DNA of 64,000 nucleotides from positions 32,001 to 96,000 of the forward strand of contig CBDBZY010000012.1 of the NCBI GenBank assembly GCA_965213685.1, read 5' to 3'. Under the pieces are notes generated by a model. It was not told the origin of the DNA. It made no database searches and worked only from the letters and a program-made list of their open reading frames with translations. Below are positions 10,352 to 20,804 of this stretch, piece by piece (the stretch's first letter is position 1; every line of letters begins with the position of its first letter). Origin of the DNA: a bacterium. GTDB lineage: Bacteria > UBA8248. The translations under genes were made by a program, and so were the position numbers.

Positions 10352-11080
10352 ATGCCCGCGCACTCTGCGATCGAATGGACCGAGGTCACCTGGAACCCCG
10401 TGACGGGCTGCACGAAGATCAGCGAGGGGTGCAAGCACTGCTACGCGGAGCGCATGGCCAGAAGGTTGCAAGCCATGGGAGTGGAGAAATACAGGGAGGG
10501 GTTCTCTGTCGCCGTTCACGAAGCCGCACTCGACGCTCCGCTGAAATGGCGGCGGCCGCGTCTCGTCTTCGTCAACTCCATGTCCGACCTGTTCCACAGG
10601 TCGGTTCCGTCAGCGTTCATCGAGGCCGTCTTCGACGTCATGAATCGGGCGTCCCGGCACACCTTTCAGGTGCTCACCAAGCGCCCGCGCCGCGCGGTCG
10701 CCCTGAACAAGAAGCTGCGCTGGTCGCCGAACATCTGGCTGGGCACGAGCATCGAGAACGAGAGGTGGCTGGAGCGGCTGGCGGTGCTTCGGGAGACCGG
10801 CGCTCAAACGAAGTTCCTGTCTCTCGAGCCCCTGCTGGGGCCCTTGCCGGGTCTGGACCTGCGCAGCGTCGACTGGGTGATCGTCGGAGGCGAGTCGGGG
10901 CCGGGAGCGAGGCCGATGGAAGCGGACTGGGTGCGGGAGATACGGGACAACTGCTTTCAGCACGACGTGCCGTTCTTCTTCAAGCAATGGGGAGGCGTAT
11001 TCAAAAAAAGGACTGGGCGGACCCTGGATGACCGCACATGGGAGCAAATGCCGGCACCGGTATCGCGGCGCAGGGAATAG
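10352..11080 (+). CDS. DUF5131 / phage Gp37-Gp68 family protein (CX6CX2C, radical-SAM-like)
   Basis: IEWTEVTWNPVTGCTKISEGCKHCYA, FVNSMSDLFH, QVLTKRP, SLEPLLG, WVIVGGESG, FFFKQWGG. Confidence 0.9.
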   Translation: MPAHSAIEWTEVTWNPVTGCTKISEGCKHCYAERMARRLQAMGVEKYREGFSVAVHEAALDAPLKWRRPRLVFVNSMSDLFHRSVPSAFIEAVFDVMNRASRHTFQVLTKRPRRAVALNKKLRWSPNIWLGTSIENERWLERLAVLRETGAQTKFLSLEPLLGPLPGLDLRSVDWVIVGGESGPGARPMEADWVREIRDNCFQHDVPFFFKQWGGVFKKRTGRTLDDRTWEQMPAPVSRRRE

Positions 11081-11118
11081 GGTTTGGTTGGTTTCCCTCC
11101 TCCGGAGCCGCTCCCCCC

Positions 11119-11805
11119 TCACCGCCTCGTCAGGACGATCGGGAAATATCCCCATTCATACGTTTTCCCCAAAGAGACGTGGCGCAGGGGGATGATCAGG
11201 GAGGGCTTCGCGCGCTCCCGGTCGGTCAGTCTCGGGTCGCCCCGAAAATACAGCTGCGTCACCAGAGGCCGGTAGTCCGGGTGGCGGATGTAAAAATGAA
11301 TGTGGGATGGCCGCCCCCAGAACCCGAAGCCGTAATGCCCCGGGTGCACGGTGCGGAGCTGATACAGTCCCCGTCGCGTCGTGCGCATCCGCGCGCGATA
11401 GAGAAAATTCTCTCTCTCGTCCATGCCGTGGTAGCGGCCGTTCGCGTCCGCCTGCCATATGTCGATGGTCGCGCCCGGAAGAGGCTTCTGCGTGTCATGC
11501 CCATAGACGTGGCCGCGGATGATCATGGGCGTGCCCGGCGCGTCGCCCGGCGCCGCGTAGCCGCGAAAAGGCGCCCCTTTTTTGTAAAACGGCCCCCAGG
11601 CATCGGAGGCGGTTGGCTCCCGCCTCTTCGGGAGTGCTCCATCCGCCGATTCGCCTTGCGCGCGCAAGATTTTTTCGAATTCCCCCAATTCCCCGTGCGC
11701 TGGCGTGGGCGCCAGCGTCTTTTGAAGCGCGAAGCCGCCCGCCCCCAGCGCCGTCAGTCCGAGCAGAGCGTTTTTGAGCAACTCCCGCCTGTCCCATTTT
11801 TTCAT
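11119..11805 (-). CDS. Tat-exported intradiol ring-cleavage dioxygenase-like protein
   Basis: DRRELLK twin-arginine signal; GPFY, IDIWQADANGRY, PGHY, RPSHIHF, LVTQLYF. Confidence 0.8.
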   Translation of the reverse strand: MKKWDRRELLKNALLGLTALGAGGFALQKTLAPTPAHGELGEFEKILRAQGESADGALPKRREPTASDAWGPFYKKGAPFRGYAAPGDAPGTPMIIRGHVYGHDTQKPLPGATIDIWQADANGRYHGMDERENFLYRARMRTTRRGLYQLRTVHPGHYGFGFWGRPSHIHFYIRHPDYRPLVTQLYFRGDPRLTDRERAKPSLIIPLRHVSLGKTYEWGYFPIVLTRR

Positions 11806-11855
11806 GGCGACCCCCTCCCTCTCGCTCTCCAAACCCCGCAGGCGGCGCGCGGGAA

Positions 11856-12242
11856 TCAGCCGCGCTGGGCCATTTCGATGCTGATGTTGTCCGGACCTTT
11901 GATGAAGGCGATCTTCACGCCCGGCCGGATCTCCCAAGGCTCGCAAATCCACTCGGCGCCCTTCTCGGTGAGCTCCTTTTGCGCTTCATCCATGTTGTCG
12001 ACCAGAAGGCCGAAGTGATCCAGCCCGTAGCGGGGCTCGGAGCCCGTCCGCACCGGGTCTTCTCCCTGCGCCCTTCCGGAGACGAGAAAGACCATGCCGT
12101 TCAAGTCCATCTGGAACGACGGGGCACCGCCCAGCTCCCTCTCCTCCAGGACGGCGGCGCCGAACATGCGGATCCAGAAGTCGCGGGCGGCGTGCGGGTC
12201 TTCGCTCCGGAAGTGCAGATGATCGTATGCGTATTTCGCCAT
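11856..12242 (-). CDS. VOC (glyoxalase/bleomycin-resistance) family protein
   Basis: DHLHF, GLDHFGLLVD, AFIKGPDNISIE. Confidence 0.85.
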   Translation of the reverse strand: MAKYAYDHLHFRSEDPHAARDFWIRMFGAAVLEERELGGAPSFQMDLNGMVFLVSGRAQGEDPVRTGSEPRYGLDHFGLLVDNMDEAQKELTEKGAEWICEPWEIRPGVKIAFIKGPDNISIEMAQRG

Positions 12243-12378
12243 GCGGCAGTCCCCCTCCAGAAGTGGCGCCAGACCATCGGGTGAAATGACGTGCGCGATT
12301 CTCGTCGGACGTGGCGCGCCTGGATTCCAAGGGTTGGGGCCGGCGGGAGCCGGCGGGCAACCGGGGAGGGATGCGGGC

Positions 12379-13020
12379 CTACCCAGGCCCTCCCTCTTCC
12401 GTCTTCATGAGTTTTTCCGCTTCGGCCATCTCGTGGAACAGCTGGCAGGTGGCCGAAAAATCCCTTTCCAGTTTATCGAAGAGTCGTCTGGTTTGCTCGG
12501 GAGAGATGACTTTTGCGAGCTGGCCGTGGACCGCCTGCCACGTGTGCGTTCCGCGCTCCCCGCGCTGGAGGGCCGTCTCCTCGCTCGCCGTGATGGCGTC
12601 GTACGCCTCGTGCTCCAGGTCGAGCAGATCCCGGAGGACGGGTTCGTAGTTCGGATCGTCGGCCTCAATGTACCGCATGAGGTAGGGGCGGAATTCGCGC
12701 GTCGTCTCCATCGCCTCCGGGTCGGACATCTCGCGCATGGTCTGGCATGTAGCGGAGAAATCCCTCTCGAGGCGGTCGAACACCTGCTCGATGTGGAAGG
12801 GGGTCAAAATATCGGTCAGCGCCGTGAAAACGACGTGCCACGTCCGGGTGCCCCTCTGCCCGCGCCCCAGGTCCGCATCCGCGCCAGCCGTAATCTCGTC
12901 ATACACCTCGTGTTCATACTCGAGCAGATCCCGGAGAACAGGCTCGTGGTTGGGATCGTTGGAGTGCAGATACCGCATGAGGTAGGGTTTGAACTTCCGT
13001 ATCTTGTGGAGTCTGGCCAT
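12379..13020 (-). CDS. Hypothetical protein made of two tandem ~98-aa homologous domains
   Basis: Both halves contain PYLMRY...DPN.EPVLRDLL..EHE.YD.ITA...RG.RGT.TW...FD.LERDFSATCQ; ATG at 13020. Confidence 0.75.
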   Translation of the reverse strand: MARLHKIRKFKPYLMRYLHSNDPNHEPVLRDLLEYEHEVYDEITAGADADLGRGQRGTRTWHVVFTALTDILTPFHIEQVFDRLERDFSATCQTMREMSDPEAMETTREFRPYLMRYIEADDPNYEPVLRDLLDLEHEAYDAITASEETALQRGERGTHTWQAVHGQLAKVISPEQTRRLFDKLERDFSATCQLFHEMAEAEKLMKTEEGGPG

Positions 13021-13267
13021 CGCGTCTTGTCCCCGTGTCGAGCAGCCGCCGGAATCTCGCGAGGATGGAGAGAATGCGCATGAGCGGGGGGAGGCGAGAC
13101 GCCCCCCGCATCCCCCTCCCCTGAACGGCCCTCTCCAGCGCACCATATCACGAATCCGGGCAGTTCCGCTACGAAATGATGCGCGACTATGGCATGCTCC
13201 CTTCGCAGCGTCTGCATCCTGGTCGCATACCGGCACGGAAAAACAAACGACACGGAGAAATACGACA

Positions 13268-14389
13268 ATGGAAGATGTGCGCGTCGAGCGAATGGCCGAG
13301 ATCATAACGGGGTATTCTGTGCGCCTGAAGCGAGGCGATGTCGTGGGCATCCGGGGCAGCACGGCGGCCGAGCCCCTGATTCGCGCGGTGTATGCCGAGT
13401 GCGTCCGGCGCGGGGCGCATCCCTATACCCATGTGGGGCTGACGGGGCTGGATGAGATTTTTTATCAATACGCCAACCGCCGGCAGTTGACCCACCTCTC
13501 GTCCATGGCGCGGTTTGAGGTGGAAAACGCGGACGTCATCATCAGCATCCTGTCCGAGACGAACACCCGGCGGCTCTCGGGCGTCGACCCCAAAAAACAG
13601 GCACTCGCGTCCAAGGCCAGGCAGCCCATCATGGAAACGTTCATGAAGCGCTCCGCCCAGTATGAGAAGACGGGGCGGGAGGGATTGCGGTGGACGCTGA
13701 CCCTGTTTCCCACGGAAGCCTACGCGCAGGACGCTGAGATGGGGATGCGGGAGTATGAGGATTTCGTCTTCGGCGCGTGTTTCGCCGACGAGCCAGACGG
13801 CATCCGCCGGTGGCGGGGGCTGAACAGGCGCCAGGCGCGGGTGATTCGCTACCTGGAAGGCCGCAAGGTGGTGGAGATCGGGGGGCCGGGCACCGACTTG
13901 CGGGTCGGCATCGCGGGGCGCCCGTTCATGAACTGCTCGGGGCATCACAATTTCCCGGATGGCGAGATTTTCACCGGGCCGGAGGAGGGGAAGATCGACG
14001 GCAAGATTCGCTATTCCTTTCCGGCCTGCCTCTCGGGGCGCGAGGTGGAGGGGGTGGAGCTGGAGTTCGAGAAGGGGGAGGTCGTGAAGGCCCGGGCGGA
14101 GAAAAATGAGGCCTTTCTGAAATCGATGATCGGCATGGACGCCGGCGCGCGCCGGGCGGGGGAGTTCGCCTTTGGCCTCAACTACGGCATCCAGCGCTTC
14201 ACCAAGAACACGCTGTTCGACGAGAAAATCGGCGGCACCCTGCACATCGCCTTGGGCAAGGGTTATCCGCAGAGCGGCTCGAAGAACGATTCCGCCCTTC
14301 ATTGGGATATGGTGTGCGACCTGCGCGAGGGGGGCGAGGTGTACGTGGACGGCAAGCTGTTCTCCCAAAACGGGGAGTTGAAGATTTAA
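13268..14389 (+). CDS. Aminopeptidase, M29 family (AmpS/AmpT-like)
   Basis: NFPDGEIFTGP, GEFAFGLN, LFDEKIGGTLHIALG, SALHWDMV. Confidence 0.9.
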   Translation: MEDVRVERMAEIITGYSVRLKRGDVVGIRGSTAAEPLIRAVYAECVRRGAHPYTHVGLTGLDEIFYQYANRRQLTHLSSMARFEVENADVIISILSETNTRRLSGVDPKKQALASKARQPIMETFMKRSAQYEKTGREGLRWTLTLFPTEAYAQDAEMGMREYEDFVFGACFADEPDGIRRWRGLNRRQARVIRYLEGRKVVEIGGPGTDLRVGIAGRPFMNCSGHHNFPDGEIFTGPEEGKIDGKIRYSFPACLSGREVEGVELEFEKGEVVKARAEKNEAFLKSMIGMDAGARRAGEFAFGLNYGIQRFTKNTLFDEKIGGTLHIALGKGYPQSGSKNDSALHWDMVCDLREGGEVYVDGKLFSQNGELKI

Positions 14390-14395
14390 TGGGCG

Positions 14396-14487
14396 GGCGG
14401 TGAATACAACCTCTTTATGCGGACGCGCTAACCCGGTGCTTGGCGATACGGGAAATTTGATAGACAGGCGGTGAATGCAACCTCTTT
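14396..14487. repeat. 21-bp direct repeat pair (one mismatch), 71-bp period, upstream of tRNA-Val
   Basis: GGCGGTGAATACAACCTCTTT (14396-14416) and GGCGGTGAATGCAACCTCTTT (14467-14487). Confidence 0.8.
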
Positions 14488-14554
14488 CGCGCCGGATCGG
14501 GAGATGGTCGCCGAAAGGCGGGGATGCTATTCTCCTGCGACTGCTTCTCTACAT

Positions 14555-14630
14555 GGGCGGGTAGCTCAGTTGGCAGAGCGGTGCCCTTACAAGGCATAGG
14601 TCGGAGGTTCGAGCCCTCTCCCGCCCACCA
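14555..14630 (+). tRNA. tRNA-Val (anticodon TAC)
   Basis: 76-nt cloverleaf: acceptor GGGCGGG/CCCGCCC, D arm GCTC/GAGC, anticodon arm GTGCC-CTTACAA-GGCAT, T loop TTCGAGC, encoded CCA. Confidence 0.97.
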
Positions 14631-14659
14631 GAGAGCAGGTGAGGCGAAGGAGCGTTTCC

Positions 14660-15427
14660 GTGGCTGAGCCGAAGGTGTATCTGTTCTGGGATAACTCGAA
14701 CATATTTATATCGGCTCGACAGGTCGTTCCGTACAAAGATCCCCGAGCGGTCGAGAACGCTCTCCGGGTCCACTTCCTGAATCTCTACAAGCTGGCTGTG
14801 GCGGGTCGTAGTTACGGCGGAGGAATGGCGGTTGGATCCGTTCCTCCCGAACAGCGTGGTCTTTGGGGGAAGATGAAAGAGGATACCGGCATTGACCTGG
14901 TGCTTTTGGAGCGCGGCGAAATTTCGGGAACGGAACAGGGCGTCGACCAAATGTTGCAGACGCACATGCTTCGCACCGCGCTGGATAATCAGGATAACCC
15001 CCAAGTAGCCGTTCTGCCTTACCGGAGATGGCGCCGGCTTCAGCGATGGCACCGGTTTCCCACGCGGATTATGGAGCGTTTATACAAAAATGGTTGGGGA
15101 GTCGAAGTTCTGGCCTGGGACGTCTCGTGCAAGAGAGAGTTGAAAGAATGGGCGGAAAAGGTTGGCGTTTACGTGAAAACTTGAAGATTACTACGATTCG
15201 GTTACCTACATGGAAGGGGGGCGTCCGGGCGAAAAGCCTGAGGTTTGACCAGAAGGCACAAGGCCACGAACAGGAGAAGCCCCAATGCTATCCGCCTCGA
15301 CGAACTTGCGAGAGAAAACGAAATTTTGAAGCAAAGGTTGGGTTCTCGTGAAAAATATAATGAGAAACAGAAAAAAGGGACAAATTGCATCAGGGCAAGC
15401 GAAGGAAAAGGCGAAACCGCTGAATAG
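14660..15427 (+). CDS. NYN (PIN-like) domain protein with several frameshifts; C-terminal extent uncertain
   Basis: LFWDNSNIF, EQGVD, TGDG (in a shifted frame near 15020), GWGVEVLAW; AT-richer than the flanks; starts 30 bp after the tRNA. Confidence 0.7.
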
Positions 15428-15526
15428 CCGCTGCCTGCAAAGGCGCCCGGCCCGGAGGCCTCCGGCCCGGGCGTCTCTGCTTATATCGGCAGACCGCTAC
15501 GGGTGCTTGTTCTTCTCCGCCGACGC

Positions 15527-17330
15527 TCATTTCGCCACCGCACCGGGCCGCCCTTTGGAGATGATCGGCAAGAGCAGGTGGCGACCGCGCACTCGGGGCC
15601 CGTGTGCAGGGTGGTGCGGCCGCCAAAAACCTCTTTCGCCCGGTCGACGGGATGGTCATGAAGAAACGGCCCCGAGCCCGCGCGAGGGCACGTAGGCTTC
15701 GACCGCCGGCCCCGGCCTGTCGAAATCCTGACCGGCGATGTTGACGGCCAGACGAAAGCCTTCGGGCAGGACGATGCACTGGGGCCAGATTTCCACGTCG
15801 AGTTCGTACATCCGCCCGGGCGTCAGCGGCTGCTTGTCGTCGTGGGTGTGGTACGGCCGCCAGGGCGTGGATTGCTCCGCGTCCAGCTTGCGGTGAGAGG
15901 CGCGCAGCCACCCCTGGGCGAGCGGCGTCTTGGGGTCTACCGTGCCCTGGAAGTAGACCTCTTGCCCCTCGGGCGAGAACGCCTGGACGGTGACGAACAA
16001 ATCGGCGTCTTTGGTGGACGAGGAGACGAACAGCTTGGCCGCCATGGGGCCCGTGATCTCGGTCCTCCTCCTGGAGCGGCGGCGTCATCAGGGTGATGCC
16101 GCGGGTCAGCGCCTCGAAGGTTTTGGAGCCATTGTCCTTCGGCGCCTGCCAGTCGAGCCTCCCCTCGCCGCCCGCGTGCAGGTACAGCTTCGTCCCACTC
16201 GGTGCCCTTGAGGGGCCATTCGTGCTCCTTGCGCAATTCCACCTCGTCCGTGAAGGGACGCCGGATGTTGAGCCATACCCGCGGCTCCTTCTCCCAGCCG
16301 TTGCGCTCTCCCTTGAGATAGTAGTCGAAGAAGCGTTTTTGCAGCTGCATCCCGTATTCGAGATAGAACCACTCCTCGTGTCTGCCGGGGTGCGCCTCGA
16401 GCCATTTCTCCTTGGATGCCGCCTGCGTGAAGGCCTCGAAGTTGCCGCGCGGGTGCAGGCCGAAGCCCGCCCAGCTCGCCGCGCTGAGGAAGGGGACGGT
16501 CACGCGCGACCAGTCCGGCGAGCGGGAGCGGTACCAGTCGTCGTCCATCTCGCGGGCCAGGAAGTTCTCCAGCGTGTCGGCCCCGGTTCTCCGCGAGCTC
16601 TTCTTTCGAGAGGGTCGCCGGGCCCGTCGAGCGCGTCTCCATCCAATGGTCGCGCGGGCCGTCGGGGTTGCCGTGCTGCACAGCCTCGACTTGGCGCGGA
16701 TACCAGATTTCCATGAACTTGTTGGAGAGAATGCCGCCGTGTCGCGCCCAGTCGCGGTAGTGGTCGGCGGCCCCCTCCCAGGGGATCATGGCCGTGAGGT
16801 GCTTGGGCTGCAACGCGGCGACCTGCCATTGGTTGATGGCGTAATAGGAGACGCCGTTCAGTCCCACCTTGCCGTTCGACCAGCTCTGGCGTCCCGCCCA
16901 TTCGATGGCGCCTGCGAAAATCCCCTGGTTTCGCGGGGGGAGAAAATGTCGAGATAGCCGGGCGAGCGTCCCGCCCCGCGCGAATCCAGGCGGGACGCAG
17001 GCGTAGCCCCACGGAACCCAAATCTCGGGGTCCACCGTCTCCCACGTCAGCCATCGGTGCTCGGAGCCGGCCAGTATGTCGGGGTTGCATCTTCACCAGG
17101 GAGTCCCAGAGCGGCTTGTAGTGCTCTGATACTTGACGCCCTTGCCGTAGGGGCCGCCGGCCATGACGACGGGCACCGGCTCCTCTGTGTCCGGCCTGTA
17201 GACGTCTACCCGCAACACCACGCCGTCGTCCATTTCGACGGGCAAGTCACGTTCGATGATCATATGCGTTCTCCCGTTTTCCAGATAAGAACGAAGCCGT
17301 CCCGAATACGGCGTTCTTCGGGCGGGTCAT
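15527..17330 (-). pseudogene. CocE/NonD family hydrolase, many frameshifts (pseudogene or sequencing errors)
   Basis: Fragments across frames: MDDGVVLRVDVYRP, WSNGKVGLNGVSYYA, AMIPWEGAAD, GLHPRGNFE, QGWLRASHRKLD, LDVEIWP. Confidence 0.8.
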
Positions 17331-17590
17331 GCTTCCGCGTGGAGGGACAGGAGAACAATTATGCGGGAGGTCGCCGTATTTTTCAATTTGGGCCCCCGCG
17401 CCTCTTCCCGTCTTCGCGCGTCCAGGGAGGGCCTCTCCCCCCCGGGCGGGACGGTGCGCGAAAGCCGCGCGCGCGTTCACTGGATGTCGATAAGCGATTA
17501 TCATCGGCGAGAGGGGGTCTCGCGTTTGCGGTTTTTGGACGCGGGGGCAGGCGCCGCGCGCTCTCATGGACGCAGAGGGGGGTGAACGAG

Positions 17591-18051
17591 ATGCCTTTGA
17601 AGAAGTACGTCGACGAAATCGATCGCCATATCGCAACCTGGATGAAACCGCTACGGCCGGTTGCTGCTCCGCGTTTCGCTCGCCGTGATTTTCATCTGGT
17701 TCGGCATCCTCAAACCCTTCGGGGCGAGTGCGGCGGCCGAACTCGTGCGCCGCACGGTCTATTGGCTTCCGCCGGATTTTTTCATCCCCCTCCTCGGCTG
17801 GTGGGAGGTGGCGATAGGCGTGGGGCTGCTTTTCCGCCCACTCATCCGCGTCGCCCTGTTCCTGCTCTTCTTGCAAATGCCGGGGCACGGCTCTGCCCCT
17901 CGTCCTCCTGCCCGAGGTCTGCTTCACCCAGGTTCCCTTCGCTCCCACGCTCGAGGGACAATACATCATCAAAAACCTCATCCTCCTGAGCGCCGCCATC
18001 GTCGTGGGCGGTGCGGTGCGCCGGGAGGAGGACGCGCATCCGCGCACCTGA
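17591..18051 (+). CDS. DoxX/YkgB-like membrane protein, frameshifted
   Basis: [17 protein letters not shown] and [11 protein letters not shown] lie in different frames. Confidence 0.7.
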
Positions 18052-18146
18052 CGGCTCGCTGAAAGGGGCGGGCAAAAAAATGCTATAGTGCTTTCCCGTT
18101 GCTATCGATATATCCGCCATCATCATTTTCTCGGACGGGAGCGATC

Positions 18147-18540
18147 ATGAATGAGCCGCGAATCACCGCGCAGGATGTGTTGAACGCCAGTGCGGGCTGT
18201 CTGCAAAAGCAGATGTACGTCTATTTCACCAGGCCGGCGAACGGCATGGGGCCGGTGATGGCGAATCTGGAGGATCACCTGGAATTCCAGGTCGCCCTGG
18301 AGCAACGGGGCGTCATGTTCGGTGCGGGTCCATTCTGGACGGATGACGAGAAGGGCTGGGAGGGGGAGGGCATGGTCATCATCCGCGCCGGCTCCCTGGG
18401 GGAGGGCGCGAAAAATCGCCGAGTCGGACCCCATGCACGCCAGCGGGGCGCGCACGTTCACGATACGCCCCTGGCTGCTGAACGAGGGCGCCGTGACGAT
18501 GCGGGTCACCTATTCGGACGGGAAGCGGGAGGTCATATGA
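18147..18540 (+). CDS. YciI family protein, one frameshift
   Basis: HLEFQ...GAGP...GMVIIRA joined to IAESDPMH...RPWLLNEG across the G run near 18397. Confidence 0.75.
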
Positions 18541-18577
18541 CGCGGCGCGGTTTTCTCCTTGAGGAGGTGGAGGAAAG

Positions 18578-19451
18578 ATGAACTGGATCCCAAGACGAGA
18601 GAAATTTCGCGCCCTGCTCTGCGGCGAGCGATGCGTTCATCCAGCGTCGGTGTATGATCCCCTCTCCGCGCGCATGGCGGAGGAAATTGGCTTCGAGGCC
18701 GGCATTTTCGCTGGCTCCACCGCTTCGCTCACCGTGCTGGGTGCGCCTGACATCACGTTGCTGACGTTGACGGAATTCGCCGAGCAAGCCCTCCGGATCA
18801 ACCGCGCGACGAACATCCCCCTGCTGGTGGACGCGGATCACGGTTATGGCAACGCGCTGAACGTGAAGAGAACGGTCGAGGAGCTGGAGACGGCGGGCCG
18901 TGGCGGCCCTCTCGATAGAGGACACGATACTCCCCCGGGCGTTCGGTGCGGCGGGGGCTGCGCAGCTCAGCAGCGTCGAGGAGGGCGTCGGCAAAATGCG
19001 CGCCGCCCTGGAGGGGCGCCAGGACCCGACTCTCGTCATCGCGGGCCGGACGAGTGCGTCGCGCCTCACGGGGACGGAGGACGCCATCGCGCGGGTGCGG
19101 GCCTACGAGGCGGCGGGCGTGGACGCCATTTTTCTGGTGGGCGTCCAGAGCCGGGAGCAGCTGGAGGCCATCTCGGCGGCGGTGACCCTTCCCATTATCC
19201 TGGGCGGCAGCAGAAAAGAGGTGCGGGGGCTGGATTATCTCTCCGGCCAGGGCGTGCGCGTCGCACTCCAGGGACATCAGCCCATCATGGCGGCGGCCCA
19301 CGCGGCCTATTCCATCTTGAAGGCGTTCCGGGACGGCGCGACGCCCGAGGAGTTGGAGAACGTGCCCTCGGCCGACTTTATGAAAAAATACATAAAAGAC
19401 GCCGACTATCGACGCCAGATGCAGGCGTTTTTGGGCGATGGAGAGGGATGA
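18578..19451 (+). CDS. Isocitrate lyase/PEP mutase family enzyme (oxaloacetate decarboxylase-like), one frameshift
   Basis: [28 protein letters not shown]; frame change near 18898. Confidence 0.85.
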
Positions 19452-19583
19452 TTCATCGCGCGCGCGTCCGACGCTTTTCGCCCGGCGCGCCGAAAGCGCC
19501 GCCTCCCGGATGACGAAAGGCGTTGGGGGTGAATATACTGCGCGGGCCATTCCCATGGAAAAGCCGCGCGCCGGGAGAATTTC

Positions 19584-20727
19584 GTGGCCATAGAGCTGGC
19601 ATGGTACATGTCTTGCGACGGGGACAGCGCGCACATCGGCCAGAAGTACGCCGACCACCCCCCGAGCTACGACACGTTCACCCGGATCGCCCAAAACGCC
19701 GAGCGCAGCGGCTTTACCACCATTCTGGTGCCGACCTCCCAGGTGAGCGGCCACTATGGGCCGCAGGCTCCCACGTGGGACAGCATCGTGAACGCGGCGG
19801 TCATCGGCCCGGCGACGAAGACGATAAAACTTCTTTTGGCGGTGCGGGTGGGAATTATCGACCCGGCCATCTGCGCCCGGATGATGGCCTCGCTCGATGA
19901 GCTCACCAACGGCCGCATTCTCTATAATATCGTGACGGGCGGCGCCGCGCTCTCGAACTATGGCGAGGAGCTGGATCACGATGCGCGCTATGAGCGGACG
20001 GACGAATATCTGCAGATCCTCGAGGGGTTGTGGACGCAGGAAAAATACTCGTTCGAGGGGAATTTCTACCGCCTGAAAGACGCCACCGTATATCCCCGGC
20101 CCGTGCAGAAGCCGAGGATCCACTATTTCATGGCGGGTGCCTCGGACGTCGCGCAGGACATCGCCATCCGGCGGGCGGAGTATTCGGTGTTCTGGGGGGA
20201 GAGCCCGGAGCAGGTGGCGGAGCGCGTCGAGCATATGAACGGGAAATGCGAGCGGGCGGGGCGCACCCGGGCGCTGAAGTATGTGACGCGCTTTCAAATC
20301 TTCGCGCGCGAGACGGAGGCGGAAGCCTTCGAGGCGGCGGAGGAGGTGATGCGCCGGGTGGACCCGGACGTCCTGGCGCATCGGGGGAAGGTGATCTCCT
20401 CGTTCGACAGCAAGGGAACCCGGGAGCAAACAGGCGCGCGCGCGCGAGGAGATGGTGGGGCCGAACCTCTGGGCGGGCATGGGCCGGATTCGCTCGGGCT
20501 CCGCCGTCGCCATCGTGGGCTCGTATGCGCAATGCGCGCAGAAGATCATCGAGATCGAGCAGGCCGGGGTGGATTTGCTGATCCTCTCCGCCTTCCCCCT
20601 CCATGGAGAGTGCGAGAACGTGGGAGAGCATGTGATTCCGCGCGTGCGCGAGATGGAAAGAGAGCTGGGCCTGGTCCATGCGGAGGACGCATCGTTTTTA
20701 TTTCCGGGCGGGCGGGCCTCCGCCTAG
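19584..20727 (+). CDS. LLM class flavin-dependent monooxygenase (SsuD-like), one frameshift
   Basis: AERSGF..ILVPT, GRILYNIVTG, HDARYERTDEYL, YPRPVQKP; C-terminus GPNLWAG...AIVGS in ORF 20452. Confidence 0.85.
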
Positions 20728-20804
20728 TTTGTCGTGGATGCCGGCCAGTGCGCATGGGCGGAAAGCCGGGTTTCCTATCCTTTCACCGATGAGGGCGAAC
20801 CTAC

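Noticed and set aside
14396-14487. Mini-CRISPR array
   Set aside because: Only two short, non-palindromic repeats and no cas genes in the window; kept as an unexplained repeat.
14631-17330. Prophage or integrative element at tRNA-Val
   Set aside because: No integrase, phage genes or repeated tRNA 3' end were found.
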